DNA of 64,000 nucleotides from Escherichia coli (GTDB lineage Bacteria; Pseudomonadota; Gammaproteobacteria; Enterobacterales; Enterobacteriaceae): NCBI RefSeq assembly GCF_016026235.1, contig NZ_CP065613.1; one strand, 5' to 3'. Shown piece by piece: positions 50,297 to 59,697 of this stretch (position 1 is its first letter; each line of letters starts with the position of its first letter). The notes under the pieces were generated by a model. It saw only the letters and a program-made list of their open reading frames with translations, ran no database searches and was not told where the DNA came from. The position numbers and the translations under genes were made by a program.

Positions 50297-51367
50297 TTAT
50301 TTGATTTCAATTTTGTCCCACTCCCTGCCTCTGTCATCACGATACTGTGATGCCATGGTGTCCGACTTGTGCCCGAGAAGATGTTGAGCAAACTTATCGC
50401 TTATCTGCTTCTCATAGAGTCTTGCAGACAAACTGCGCAACTCGTGAAAGGTAGGTGGATCCCCTTCGAAGGAAAGACCTGATGCTTTTCGTGCGCGCAT
50501 AAAATACCTTGATACTGTGCCGGATGAAAGCGGTTCACGACGAGTAGATGCAATTATGGTTTCTCCGCCAAGAATCTCTTTGCATTTATCAAGTGTTTCC
50601 TTCATTGATATCCCGAGAGCATCAACATGCAATGTTGTAGGGATGGCAATTTTTACGCCTGTTTTGCTTTGCTCGACATAAAGATATCCATCTACGATAT
50701 CAGACCACTTCATTTCGCATAAATCACCAACTCGTTGCCCGGTAACAACAGCCAGTTCCATTGCAAGTCTGAGCCAACATGGTGATGATTCTGCTGCTTG
50801 ATAAATTTTCAGGTATTCGTCAGCCGTAAGTCTTGATCTCCTTACCTCTGATTTTGCTGCGCGAGTGGCAGCGACCGGGTTTGTTGTTATATGGCCTTCA
50901 GCTATTGCCTCTCGGAATGCATCGCTCAGTGTTGATCTGATTAACTTGGCTGATGCCGCCTTGCCCTCGTCTATGTATCCATTGAGCATTGCCGCAATTT
51001 CTTTTGTGGTGATGTCTTCAAGTGGAGCATCAGGCAGCCCCCTCCTTATTGCTTTAATTTTGCTCATGTAATTTATGAGTGTCTTCTGCTTGATTCCTCT
51101 GCTGGCGAGGATTTTTTCGTAGCGATCAAGCCATGAATGTAACGTAACAGAATTATCACTGTTGATTCTCGCTGTCAGAGGCTTGTGTTTGTGTCCTGAA
51201 AATAACTCAATGTTGGCCTGTATAGCTTCAGTGATTGCGATTCGCCTGTCTCGGCCTAATCCAAACTCTTTACCCGTCCTTGGGTCCCTGTAGCAGTAAT
51301 ATCCATTGTTTCTTATATAAAGGTTAGGGGGTAAATCCCGGCGCTCATGACTTCGCCTTCTTCCCAT
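50297..51367 (-). CDS. int: Lambda-type integrase (tyrosine recombinase)
   Basis: 356 aa; near-identical to lambda Int as recalled (MGRRRSHERRDLPPNLYIRNNGYYCYRDPRTGKEFGLG...). Confidence 0.95.
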   Translation of the reverse strand: MGRRRSHERRDLPPNLYIRNNGYYCYRDPRTGKEFGLGRDRRIAITEAIQANIELFSGHKHKPLTARINSDNSVTLHSWLDRYEKILASRGIKQKTLINYMSKIKAIRRGLPDAPLEDITTKEIAAMLNGYIDEGKAASAKLIRSTLSDAFREAIAEGHITTNPVAATRAAKSEVRRSRLTADEYLKIYQAAESSPCWLRLAMELAVVTGQRVGDLCEMKWSDIVDGYLYVEQSKTGVKIAIPTTLHVDALGISMKETLDKCKEILGGETIIASTRREPLSSGTVSRYFMRARKASGLSFEGDPPTFHELRSLSARLYEKQISDKFAQHLLGHKSDTMASQYRDDRGREWDKIEIK

Positions 51368-51563
51368 TTCTGATCCTCTTCAAAAGGCTACCTGTTACTG
51401 GTCGATTTAAGTCAACCTTTACCGCTGATTCGTGGAACAAATACTCTCTTCCATCCTTAACCGGAGGAGGGAATATCCTGCACTCGCGTACCCATCGACG
51501 AACTGTTTCAAGGCTCCTTGGGCGTCGCTGGCGTGCGTTCCACTCCTGAAGTGTCAAGTACAT
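51345..51563 (-). CDS. xis: Excisionase
   Basis: 72 aa MYLTLQEWNARQRRPRSLETVRRWVRECRIFPPPVKDGREYLF... matches lambda Xis; overlaps int start. Confidence 0.95.
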   Translation of the reverse strand: MYLTLQEWNARQRRPRSLETVRRWVRECRIFPPPVKDGREYLFHESAVKVDLNRPVTGSLLKRIRNGKKAKS

Positions 51564-51647
51564 CGCAAAGTCTCCGCAATTACTCGCAAGGGAGCGAGTA
51601 TTGGTTTATTTTCTCCAACAAAAAAGGAGCCGAAGCTCCTTTGATGA

Positions 51648-52271
51648 TTAAAATTCGAATTGTCTCGCCCGAAGGCTTTTCAGCATTGGTTTTGCCCGTT
51701 CGAAAAGGGCGCTTGCTTGGTCAAGTCGTGTCGCCTCCCTTAGCAGTACATCTCTGTTTTTCGTCACCGTGTAAAAAGTTTCAAACGCGATGTCATACAG
51801 CTTGCTCGTGTATGATGAGTTCAGTTCCTTCAATATCGGGTACAGACGTTTGCAGATGTCCTGCGCATTCTCCATCTGTACCTGCATATAGCAAAGGAGG
51901 ATGATTTCTTCGTCTGTGAATTGCTGCGCTGGTTGCATGCTGCGAAGTTTCTTTTCGCACTCGATGAAGTATCGGCGTATCTGGCGGCCTTTTTCGTTAC
52001 GCTCGACCATCGCCGTTTCTTTGGCTGTATCGAGGGTGAGGTGATAGTCTTTGCTACGGCGATCGCCTCCACGTCCTTTGATCCCCCTGTTTTGGTGAAC
52101 CAAAATGTAATCGACATCAACGGCAAAGCCGTATTCTGTTATGCGATTTTTAATCCATGTAGAGAAGTCACGACGTACTTCCAAAAATTCGTGTAAATCA
52201 CGGGCATTAACGAGAAGAGTTGTTTCGTTGGATATAGTGCCGTTGAATACGGGGATGAGTTGACTGGTCAT
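51648..52271 (-). CDS. AntA/AntB-type antirepressor-domain protein
   Basis: 207 aa; motifs DYHLTLDTAKETAMVERNEKGRQIRRYFIECEK recalled as AntA-domain signature. Confidence 0.55.
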   Translation of the reverse strand: MTSQLIPVFNGTISNETTLLVNARDLHEFLEVRRDFSTWIKNRITEYGFAVDVDYILVHQNRGIKGRGGDRRSKDYHLTLDTAKETAMVERNEKGRQIRRYFIECEKKLRSMQPAQQFTDEEIILLCYMQVQMENAQDICKRLYPILKELNSSYTSKLYDIAFETFYTVTKNRDVLLREATRLDQASALFERAKPMLKSLRARQFEF

Positions 52272-52417
52272 TTTTATGTCCTTTGCATTTGTTCAGATAG
52301 CCCTGTGTTCAGCAGGGCGGTCAGGTACTTGAACACCGTGCAAAGTCGGCCCGTATCCTTAACCTTTCGGCTGTTTTTCGGTATACGCGCTACCCGACCA
52401 TATCTGAAAAATGGACA

Positions 52418-52446
52418 TAAAAAATCCGCATGACTGACGGGTGCGG
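52418..52446 (-). terminator. Intrinsic terminator (minus strand)
   Basis: Hairpin ccgca...tgcgg preceded on plus strand by a 7-A run (U-run on minus transcript). Confidence 0.4.
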
Positions 52447-52592
52447 TTTCCGCTTTGCAAGGTGTGTTCAGCACCATGAAGCGGAATATAGCCCCGTTAA
52501 TGCGGTGTTGTCAAATCATGTAGGCCTTATCTTGCTGTAAGCCGCGCCATTCGGGCTTTTCCCCACATTTGGGGAAAACTATCTTGTCAAAA

Positions 52593-53375
52593 TCATGCAG
52601 CCTTTCGCCCTCCTTCGATGAGTTCCTCTATTTTGTGCACTCCAGCCTCGTTGTACCGAAATGTTTCAACCTGCTTGTCATTGTGCGCCGATTTGTCGAT
52701 GAACCACTTCCCGTACTTTTCTGTTTTGAGCATGTAGGTGTTGGCTATGCGTCCTACCTTGTTGGCTGAAATACCGTAGCGCTGGCCGACTTCCGTAGCA
52801 GAGTAGTAGTGCTCTGAGATAGCTGGCAGAGGTACAACATCGCGACCAACAATCGGGTTGAACACTCCAGCTACTGCTGCCTGCTTTGATTCTGAGGACA
52901 GATTCGGGAACATATTCACCAGTCGATCCGCCACGTTCAAAGCTATTTCCATGGTTCGCGCACGGTCTAGGCTACTTTCTGGTTGCGGTACTGGTTGAGG
53001 ATGGTTGGCAACCTTTTCGCGCTGATTGAAGTAGCCGTCCTCCAGTTTTTCGAACACGTCCCATGCCTGATCCGTTTCGAGCATCTTCGCGTGACGGGCG
53101 GCTCCGCGCTCTGTCCAGAGGATGAGGTGGCGTGCATTTGGGGCAATTTTCACAAAGTAGTTTAAAGCTACTTTGTGTTTTAGCGCGCGCAGCTCGTCAC
53201 CAACGACCTTGTAGAAGTGTACCCCCTCAACAAAGCGCGACTTGTTTTCATGATGGTTTTGCCGGATGCGCACAACATCCGTTCCGTACAACTGCGCCAA
53301 TAGTTCGCTGGTGATGACGTTGGTTTGTTTGTAGGTGATTGGTGAAAGTGTTTCAACAGAAATTTGAGCATTCAT
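52593..53375 (-). CDS. Phage regulatory/antirepressor-like protein (ORF6N/KilA-N-type, tentative)
   Basis: 260 aa ORF in b-region. Confidence 0.45.
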   Translation of the reverse strand: MNAQISVETLSPITYKQTNVITSELLAQLYGTDVVRIRQNHHENKSRFVEGVHFYKVVGDELRALKHKVALNYFVKIAPNARHLILWTERGAARHAKMLETDQAWDVFEKLEDGYFNQREKVANHPQPVPQPESSLDRARTMEIALNVADRLVNMFPNLSSESKQAAVAGVFNPIVGRDVVPLPAISEHYYSATEVGQRYGISANKVGRIANTYMLKTEKYGKWFIDKSAHNDKQVETFRYNEAGVHKIEELIEGGRKAA

Positions 53376-53499
53376 AGCGTCCTCACATTGGCTTTTGCAT
53401 TGAAGAAAGCTTGACGGTGAACTCGCCGTAACGAGTTCAGATAAAAGAAATCCCCGCGAGTGCGAGGATTGTTATTTACCTTTGACGGCAAGTTGCAGG

Positions 53500-54030
53500 T
53501 TAGCCACGGTTAACCTCCTGCGGCGGTTCTGGTAGCTGCATCCAGTGGGTTACCTCTTTGAGATACAGGTCTTCGCCATCACCGTCATCCCAAGTGGGAT
53601 TGCCATCATTAAACCAGTCGCCATATACGCCGACCTGAGTGTTGGGGATGTTTGGTGGGTAGTTGTTTTTAAAGTCAGCTGCTAACACATAGCATTGTCG
53701 CTCTCCCATTTCTGGCATTCGCTCACTACAGCTTATCCAGGCATCCGGAGTTACCGGCACTGGCTGGGCGGTATAAAGCGGTGTTATATCTGCCCGAAAA
53801 TTACATGCTTTATGCAGCCGCACCCACCGTTCGACTTCTGCTTTGTCAGAATACATACCAGTGAACGTGTTATATTCACGGTCAATTTGCGTGAAGGTTA
53901 CCTTCCACGCCACCGGCTCTGCTGTCAGCGATGCCAGAGCAATTTCATAAGCACGGCGTTCAACATTGTCTCGCACATCCAAACTGCTGATACGCTCTTT
54001 GATTTCTTTAATCAGTTCTTTGTCGTTCAC
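53500..54030 (-). CDS. DUF551-like phage protein
   Basis: 176 aa; Trp-rich acidic C-terminus WFNDGNPTWDDGDGEDLYL. Confidence 0.45.
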   Translation of the reverse strand: MNDKELIKEIKERISSLDVRDNVERRAYEIALASLTAEPVAWKVTFTQIDREYNTFTGMYSDKAEVERWVRLHKACNFRADITPLYTAQPVPVTPDAWISCSERMPEMGERQCYVLAADFKNNYPPNIPNTQVGVYGDWFNDGNPTWDDGDGEDLYLKEVTHWMQLPEPPQEVNRG

Positions 54031-54102
54031 TTATGCCTCCGATTCCCGGATGTCACCCAAATCAACGCTACAATGCCAACCAGTGCAACGAGCGCAAAAC
54101 TA

Positions 54103-54606
54103 TCAAGCATCTCCAACCTCTTTAACGGTAACTGTCTGTGCCTCCAGTTCTGCTATGCGCTTTTCTGAGGCTTCAAGTAACGCCTGCTTATCGCGTAGCG
54201 CTTCTTCCAGTTCAGCAACATGGCATTCACTATCAATAAGGTTGTTCTCTGCTGCTTCCAGCTCAACACGCAACTTCCCTACCGTTAGCGCAATTTCCTC
54301 GTTCTCCTGATCGCGGCTTTTGATGTATTGCAGGTTTCTTTCCCGTTCATCCAGTAGTGCCAGCGCAACATTTGGATTAAAAGCAGCAATAAATTCAGCG
54401 TTTGCATAAGCCTGAACATCTGTTTCAACCAGGCAGTTAACATGACATTCCGCAATCACACCACCGGGTTCTCCTTTCCATTTTTGACAAACAAAAACTC
54501 CTGTTATATTCCCATGCTGATTGCCCGATGTATGCCCTACGATGTAGCTCCCTTTCGTTGCCTTTTCTGCCGCATCACGCAGTGCCTGATAATTAATTTC
54601 GCTCAC
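54103..54606 (-). CDS. Ea22-like coiled-coil protein (GTG start)
   Basis: 167 aa; C-terminal heptad-like region; position as lambda ea22. Confidence 0.5.
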   Translation of the reverse strand: MSEINYQALRDAAEKATKGSYIVGHTSGNQHGNITGVFVCQKWKGEPGGVIAECHVNCLVETDVQAYANAEFIAAFNPNVALALLDERERNLQYIKSRDQENEEIALTVGKLRVELEAAENNLIDSECHVAELEEALRDKQALLEASEKRIAELEAQTVTVKEVGDA

Positions 54607-54728
54607 TTCGAACCTCTCTGTTTACTGATAAGCTCCAGATCTGCATTAAGCGCAGCAAAAATCTCTGGTGGTGTGCGCCAGCTGTCGCGATGTTCGGCAG
54701 GAGTATTGCTTCCGGTGAAATCAGTCAT
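54603..54728 (-). CDS. Small hypothetical protein (41 aa)
   Basis: Own translation [41 protein letters not shown]; overlapping stop/start with both neighbours. Confidence 0.35.
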   Translation of the reverse strand: MTDFTGSNTPAEHRDSWRTPPEIFAALNADLELISKQRGSK

Positions 54729-54889
54729 ACAGCCCCCCGTTTATTATTTATCTCCTCAGCCAGCCGCTGTGCTTTCAGTGGATTTCTGATAACAGAAAGG
54801 CCGGGAAATACCCAGCCTCGCTTTGTAACGGAGTAGATGAAAGTGATCGCACCTACCCGGATATTATCGCGAGGATGCTTCATCGCCAT
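54724..54889 (-). CDS. Small hypothetical protein (54 aa)
   Basis: Own translation [26 protein letters not shown]...; start overlaps exo stop. Confidence 0.35.
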
Positions 54890-55560
54890 TGCTCCCCAAA
54901 TACAAAACCAATTTCAGCCAGTGCCTCGTCCATTTTTTCGATGAACTCCGGCACCATCTCGTCAAAATTCGCCATGTACCTTTCATCCCGCTCAACCACG
55001 ACATAATGCAGGCCTTCACGCTTCATGCGCGGGTCATAGTTGGCAAAGTACCAGGCATCTTTTCGCGTCACCCACATGCTGTACTGCACCTGGGCCATGT
55101 AAGCCGACTTTATGGCCTCGAAACCACCGAGCCGGAACTTCATGAAATCCCGGGAGGTAAACGGGCATTTCAGCTCAAGGCCATTGCCGTCACTGCATAA
55201 ACCATCGGGAGAGCAGGCGGTGCGCATACTTTCGTCGCGATAGATGATCGGGGATTCAGTAACATTCACGCCGGAAGTGAATTCAAACAGAGTTCTGGCG
55301 TCGTTCTCGTACTGTTTTCCCCATGCCAGCGCCTTAGCATTAACTTCCGGAGCCACACCGGTGCAAACCTCAGCCAGCAGGGTGTGGAAGTAGGACATTT
55401 TCATGTCAGGCCACTTCTTTCCTGAGCGGGGCTTTGCTATCACGTTGTGAACTTCTGAAGCGGTGATGACGCCGAGCCGTAATTTGTGCCACGCATCATC
55501 TCCCTGCTCGATAGCTCTCACGTCGATCCCGGTACGCTGCAGGATAATGTCCGGTGTCAT
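54880..55560 (-). CDS. exo: Lambda exonuclease (Red alpha)
   Basis: 226 aa; near-identical to lambda Exo as recalled ([16 protein letters not shown]...[11 protein letters not shown]). Confidence 0.95.
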   Translation of the reverse strand: MTPDIILQRTGIDVRAIEQGDDAWHKLRLGVITASEVHNVIAKPRSGKKWPDMKMSYFHTLLAEVCTGVAPEVNAKALAWGKQYENDARTLFEFTSGVNVTESPIIYRDESMRTACSPDGLCSDGNGLELKCPFTSRDFMKFRLGGFEAIKSAYMAQVQYSMWVTRKDAWYFANYDPRMKREGLHYVVVERDERYMANFDEMVPEFIEKMDEALAEIGFVFGEQWR

Positions 55561-56342
55561 GCTGCCACCTTCTGTTCAGTGGCTTTTTGTTTCAGGAATC
55601 CAAGAGCTTTCACTGCTTCGGCCTGTGTCAGTTCTGACGATGCGCGAATGTCGCGGCGAAATATCTGGGAACAGAGCGGCAATAAGTCGTCATCCCATGT
55701 TTTATCCAGGGCGATCAGCAGAGTGTTAATCTCCTGCATGGTTTCATCGTTAACCGGAGTGATGTCGCGTTCCGGCTGACGTTCTGCAGTGTATGCGGTA
55801 TTTTCGACAATGCGCTCGGCTTCATCCTTGTCATAGATACCAGCAAATCCGAAGGCGAGACGGGCACACTGAATCATGGCTTTATGACGTAACATCCGTT
55901 TGGGATGCGACTGCCACGGTCCGGTGATTTCTCTGCCTTCGCGGGTTTTGAATGGTTCGCGGCGGCATTCATCCATCCACTCGGTAACGCAGATCGGATG
56001 ATTGCGGTCCTTGCGGTAAATCCGGCATGTGCAGGATTCATTGTCCTGCTCAAAGTCCATACCATCAAACTGCTGGTTTTCATTGATGATGCGGGACCAG
56101 CCATCAACGCCCACCACCGGAACGATGCCGTTCTGCTTATCAGGGAAGGCGTAAATTTCTTTCGTCCACGGATTAAGGCCGTACTGGTTGGCGACGATCA
56201 ACAATGCGATGAACTGCGCATCGCTGGCATCACCTTTAAATGCCGTCTGGCGAAGAGTGGTGATCAGTTCTTGTGGGTCGACAGAATCCATGTCGACACG
56301 TTCAGCCAGCTTCCCAGCCAGCGTTGCGAGTGCTGTACTCAT
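55557..56342 (-). CDS. bet: Red beta single-strand annealing protein
   Basis: 261 aa; matches lambda Bet as recalled; ATGA overlap with exo. Confidence 0.95.
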   Translation of the reverse strand: MSTALATLAGKLAERVDMDSVDPQELITTLRQTAFKGDASDAQFIALLIVANQYGLNPWTKEIYAFPDKQNGIVPVVGVDGWSRIINENQQFDGMDFEQDNESCTCRIYRKDRNHPICVTEWMDECRREPFKTREGREITGPWQSHPKRMLRHKAMIQCARLAFGFAGIYDKDEAERIVENTAYTAERQPERDITPVNDETMQEINTLLIALDKTWDDDLLPLCSQIFRRDIRASSELTQAEAVKALGFLKQKATEQKVAA

Positions 56343-56347
56343 CCGTT

Positions 56348-56644
56348 TTATACCTCTGAATCAATATCAACCTGGTGGTGAGCAATGGTTTCAACCATGT
56401 ACCGGATGTGTTCTGCCATGCGCTCCTGAAACTCAACATCGTCATCAAACGCACGGGTAATGGCTTTTTTGCTGGCCCCGTGGCGTTGCAAATGATCGAT
56501 GCATAGCGATTCAAACAGGTGCTGGGGCAGGCCTTTTTCCATGTCGTCTGCCAGTTCTGCCTCTTTCTCTTCACGGGCGAGCTGCTGGTAGTGACGCGCC
56601 CAGCTCTGAGCCTCAAGACGATCCTGAATGTAATAAGCGTTCAT
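56348..56644 (-). CDS. gam: Gam RecBCD inhibitor
   Basis: 98 aa identical in most positions to lambda Gam C-terminal 98 residues as recalled. Confidence 0.9.
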   Translation of the reverse strand: MNAYYIQDRLEAQSWARHYQQLAREEKEAELADDMEKGLPQHLFESLCIDHLQRHGASKKAITRAFDDDVEFQERMAEHIRYMVETIAHHQVDIDSEV

Positions 56645-56719
56645 GGCTGAACTCCTGAAAATGGCTGTGAAAATATCGCCCGCGAAATGCCAGGCTGATT
56701 AGGAAAACAGGAAAGGGGG

Positions 56720-56863
56720 TTAGTGAATGCTTTTGCTTGATCTCAGTTTCAGTATTAATATCCATTTTTTATAAGCGTCGACGGCTTCACGAAACATCTT
56801 TTCATCGCCAATAGAAGTGGCGATAGTGAATTTAGTCTGGATAGCCATAAGTGTTTTATCCAT
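56720..56863 (-). CDS. kil: Kil host-killing (FtsZ-inhibiting) protein
   Basis: 47 aa [47 protein letters not shown] matches lambda Kil as recalled. Confidence 0.85.
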   Translation of the reverse strand: MDKTLMAIQTKFTIATSIGDEKMFREAVDAYKKWILILKLRSSKSIH

Positions 56864-56996
56864 TTTTGGGAACTCCTGGCTGATTAAGTACGTCGATGAG
56901 TCGTTTCCATCCGTCACGTAATTTACGGGTGATTCGTTCAAGTAAAGATTCGGAAGGGCAGCCAGCAACAGGCCACCCTGCAATGGCATATTGCAT
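56832..56996 (-). CDS. cIII: CIII (FtsH inhibitor)
   Basis: Own translation [46 protein letters not shown]... matches lambda CIII; overlaps kil. Confidence 0.85.
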
Positions 56997-57101
56997 GGTG
57001 TGCTCCTTATTTACGCTTTAAATTGCTCCGTGTATTCACTCGTTGGAATGAATACACAGTGCAGTGTTTATTCTGTTGTTTATGCCAAAAATAAAGACCA
57101 A

Positions 57102-57725
57102 CTATGCGGCCTCGGAAGGAAGTCCAATCATCTTATTCAAATCTTCTACCCGTAAAGCAGGAAGTGCTGTACTTGCTTTATCTGCTTCTTTTGGTAGCAA
57201 TTCTTTGCTTTCAGGCCAAACTTCAATAAGTCGCTTAACTGTTGTGACTGAGTTCAAAGCAGCCCATACATTTGATTCGATATCCTTTTTCCTGGCTTTA
57301 AGTTTTTGTTGCAATGCGCAGATTTCATCAAACCTTTTTGTTATTTCGTGTTCTGCGCTAAACATGCATTTATCTCTGGTCGGAGTAGGGAGCAATATAT
57401 CTTCGCCGTTGCCGTCTTTCCCATATGAATACCATCCAACCCTTCTGCCAGATACAGTCAGATAAATTGAAGTAGAACGAACATCGCATGAGTAAAATGA
57501 ACATCCCATCTTTTCAAGTTCTTCACTTATAGCTACCAACTTGGATGATAACTGATCCACTTCCTCAGTTTTCTTCTTCCCGCCAAACGCAACAACTCTG
57601 GCGTCAAGTGCAAGCTGGTTCTTTAGCTTTGTTACTTCTTCAAGTTCAGTGAACACCCCGGACTTAATTAAAGCGTTGCGTGCTATTACTTCTTTTATTC
57701 TCGTTGTTAAGCGGATTGATGACAT
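57102..57725 (-). CDS. Hypothetical protein in the cIII–N interval
   Basis: ORF 57102..57785 with start at Met 57725 preceded by gagagg SD; ~207 aa; family not recognised. Confidence 0.5.
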   Translation of the reverse strand: MSSIRLTTRIKEVIARNALIKSGVFTELEEVTKLKNQLALDARVVAFGGKKKTEEVDQLSSKLVAISEELEKMGCSFYSCDVRSTSIYLTVSGRRVGWYSYGKDGNGEDILLPTPTRDKCMFSAEHEITKRFDEICALQQKLKARKKDIESNVWAALNSVTTVKRLIEVWPESKELLPKEADKASTALPALRVEDLNKMIGLPSEAA

Positions 57726-57786
57726 ATTAATTCCTCTCAAATAAGTGGTTTGCTGCCTGATTTCATTTTCTGGCGACCAACACAAG

Positions 57787-58170
57787 TCATCTTGCTGTCA
57801 GCTGTTTGGATTTCCTGTAGCCTGCCGCGTAAAGAGCTACGTTTGGAAGACATACACCAGTTTCTGGTTGCTTATGTCCAAACTCATTCGCGTACACAAT
57901 GGCCGCTCGCTCCAGATTGCGTCTGTATTCTTTCTGTTGCCAGATCACGTCCTGTGCCATGAACTTAATTGGCTTAGCGTCTTCTATGCGCTCAGGCGTT
58001 TCGTGAGTACCTTTAGCCTGAATCTGTGCTCTGCTTAGAGTAGGGCGGTGTAATACTTCTGAACTTATTGCTTCTTCGCGGGCCAGCACGCCGTTAGCTA
58101 ATGCCTTTGCCTTTAAACGCTCACGACGACGAGAACGTGAATTGCCTTTGAACTGAGTTCTGCGTGTCAT
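57787..58170 (-). CDS. N-like transcription antiterminator
   Basis: 127 aa; N-terminal arginine-rich motif RRTQFKGNSRSRRRERLKAKA; first gene downstream of putative pL/nutL. Confidence 0.6.
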   Translation of the reverse strand: MTRRTQFKGNSRSRRRERLKAKALANGVLAREEAISSEVLHRPTLSRAQIQAKGTHETPERIEDAKPIKFMAQDVIWQQKEYRRNLERAAIVYANEFGHKQPETGVCLPNVALYAAGYRKSKQLTAR

Positions 58171-58335
58171 ATAGACCTCCTGATGAACTTTGGTGGTGTG
58201 GTAGGTGGGAGACCCATTTTGACCTGTTTCGGCCTACTTCAATTCGGCAATAGTCCCGCAGGCCTCGCCGCTTTACGTGCGACATATTCCCGTCCATGAA
58301 CCCTTCACCACACCCCAAAGTTCACTTTGGTTATT

Positions 58336-58350
58336 GCGCTTTGTCAGCGC
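58336..58350 (-). promoter_or_regulatory. Candidate nutL boxB hairpin (GCGCU-GACAA-AGCGC on the minus transcript)
   Basis: 5-bp stem with GACAA pentaloop upstream of N-like gene; same loop and CUACG flank as the nutR candidate. Confidence 0.5.
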
Positions 58351-58421
58351 CGTAGATTCATATTCGAATCGTTGTATATTCACCGCCCTGGTGAGTAGTG
58401 CGTCCTGCTGATGGCTTAAAG

Positions 58422-58484
58422 ATAACCTAGGTTATAGCGGTGGTCAATAACTTAATTTATGGATTCTGATAAATAAGTTATAAG
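58422..58484. promoter_or_regulatory. Candidate oL operators (ATAACnnnnGTTAT-type)
   Basis: ATAACCTAGGTTAT palindrome 58422-58435 plus related half-sites; same motif family as oR. Confidence 0.5.
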
Positions 58485-58622
58485 TGATGGATAATAAAGG
58501 TATTTTATTTTTGTAAATGTTGCGGATTGGTCGGTATTGGAAGGGGGGCGCTGTATTGCTGGCGTGTTGGTTCGTGGTTTACCGCATTTGCGGCTGTTAA
58601 ATATGGGGGACGATCGCGAGGC

Positions 58623-58648
58623 AAAGAAAACCCGGCGCGGAAGCCGGG
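58623..58648 (-). terminator. Intrinsic terminator (minus strand) after the 44-aa gene
   Basis: Hairpin cccggc..gccggg followed on minus transcript by UUUUCUUU. Confidence 0.55.
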
Positions 58649-58666
58649 TTTGAGATTTAGTTATTT

Positions 58667-58801
58667 TCAGCAGCTCGGATAAGAGCGGAAGTGCTGACGA
58701 ACATGTTCGAGCTCACCGAAACGTATGCGGCAGTAACTGCGCACATAAACCGGCTTGTCGTGTTCGTAGATGAAGTCATCGCGATTAACATCGTGAGCCA
58801 T
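58667..58801 (-). CDS. Small protein (44 aa) with strong SD and own terminator
   Basis: Own translation MAHDVNRDDFIYEHDKPVYVRSYCRIRFGELEHVRQHFRSYPSC; aggag SD 6-8 nt upstream; not in the supplied ORF track in this frame. Confidence 0.5.
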   Translation of the reverse strand: MAHDVNRDDFIYEHDKPVYVRSYCRIRFGELEHVRQHFRSYPSC

Positions 58802-58974
58802 AGCTTTTCTCCTGTTTTTGTATACAGCCTGTTTACCCGAACAGGTTGTAGTTTGTTGGGAGAACCGCTATCCTTGGCTTGCGGTTGCCAAGGGTGTAGC
58901 GGTAGGTAATCCTCCATACACTTCGGAAATACTGGATATATTTCCGACCCAAAAAGCCCCGTTCCCTCGGGGCT

Positions 58975-59508
58975 TTATTCTTTTGTTCCGCCATCAATCA
59001 TCGCAAAAGATTCCACAATCAGACTGATACGCTTGGCTTCATCTTTTGTCAGGTCGCGAGGCAGGTTGCCAATGGTGACGATAAGATCTCCGCGCAATGG
59101 AATCGGCAGTTCAAATGTTTTTACACCAACCTGTACGTCAGCTACCGCCTTCTTCTTAGGTGCCATCTTTTTACGCTCCTTTTTTTTATTTACATCACCA
59201 ACTGACACATTAATCTCACCATTCTGGTAGGAGATAAATTTATCAATAGCACTTTGCATTCGGCTTTTGTATGCCTGCAAAGATGATTCAGAAGGTTTGC
59301 TTTCTGCTGAGTCTGCGTACGAACTTGCTAAGTTGGCAACGCTATAATCACGGATATCGGCATCGGTGAAATCCGACCCAAGAACAGTAAGAAGGCGCAG
59401 GGAAGAGTCACGGAGATTGCGGGCTGTAGCATCATTGACGATACCAAGCTCAGGAAGCATCTGTAAGAAGTCCTGAAATGCTTTGATGGTGTAGCTTTTG
59501 GTTTGCAT
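58975..59508 (-). CDS. Hypothetical protein (177 aa), immunity-region cargo
   Basis: ORF with SD; lysine-rich central segment KKKERKKMAPKKK; hairpin/terminator-like structures downstream. Confidence 0.55.
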   Translation of the reverse strand: MQTKSYTIKAFQDFLQMLPELGIVNDATARNLRDSSLRLLTVLGSDFTDADIRDYSVANLASSYADSAESKPSESSLQAYKSRMQSAIDKFISYQNGEINVSVGDVNKKKERKKMAPKKKAVADVQVGVKTFELPIPLRGDLIVTIGNLPRDLTKDEAKRISLIVESFAMIDGGTKE

Positions 59509-59697
59509 AAAAAAGCCTCATACAGTTGATGAGACAATACTAATTTGATCGTCAAAACAAATCAAGACCCAAGAAACGATCGTTGATTCCTTTCTTTGTG
59601 ACAATACAGTCAAATCAAGTTTTACAAGGATTACTTTTCTTCGATTACATTAAAGGCCGCACTTCTGCGACCATCCATCACCAAAATGTCTCTTCAC

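Noticed and set aside
57064-57465. 133-aa plus-strand ORF
   Set aside because: Antisense to the SD-supported minus-strand gene in the cIII–N interval; Ser/Leu-rich low-complexity composition.
58679-58687. boxA-like CGCUCUUAU on the minus transcript
   Set aside because: It lies inside the coding 3' end of the 44-aa ORF and upstream of a terminator; an 8-mer match is expected by chance about twice in 64 kb, and the better nutL candidate is closer to the N-like gene.
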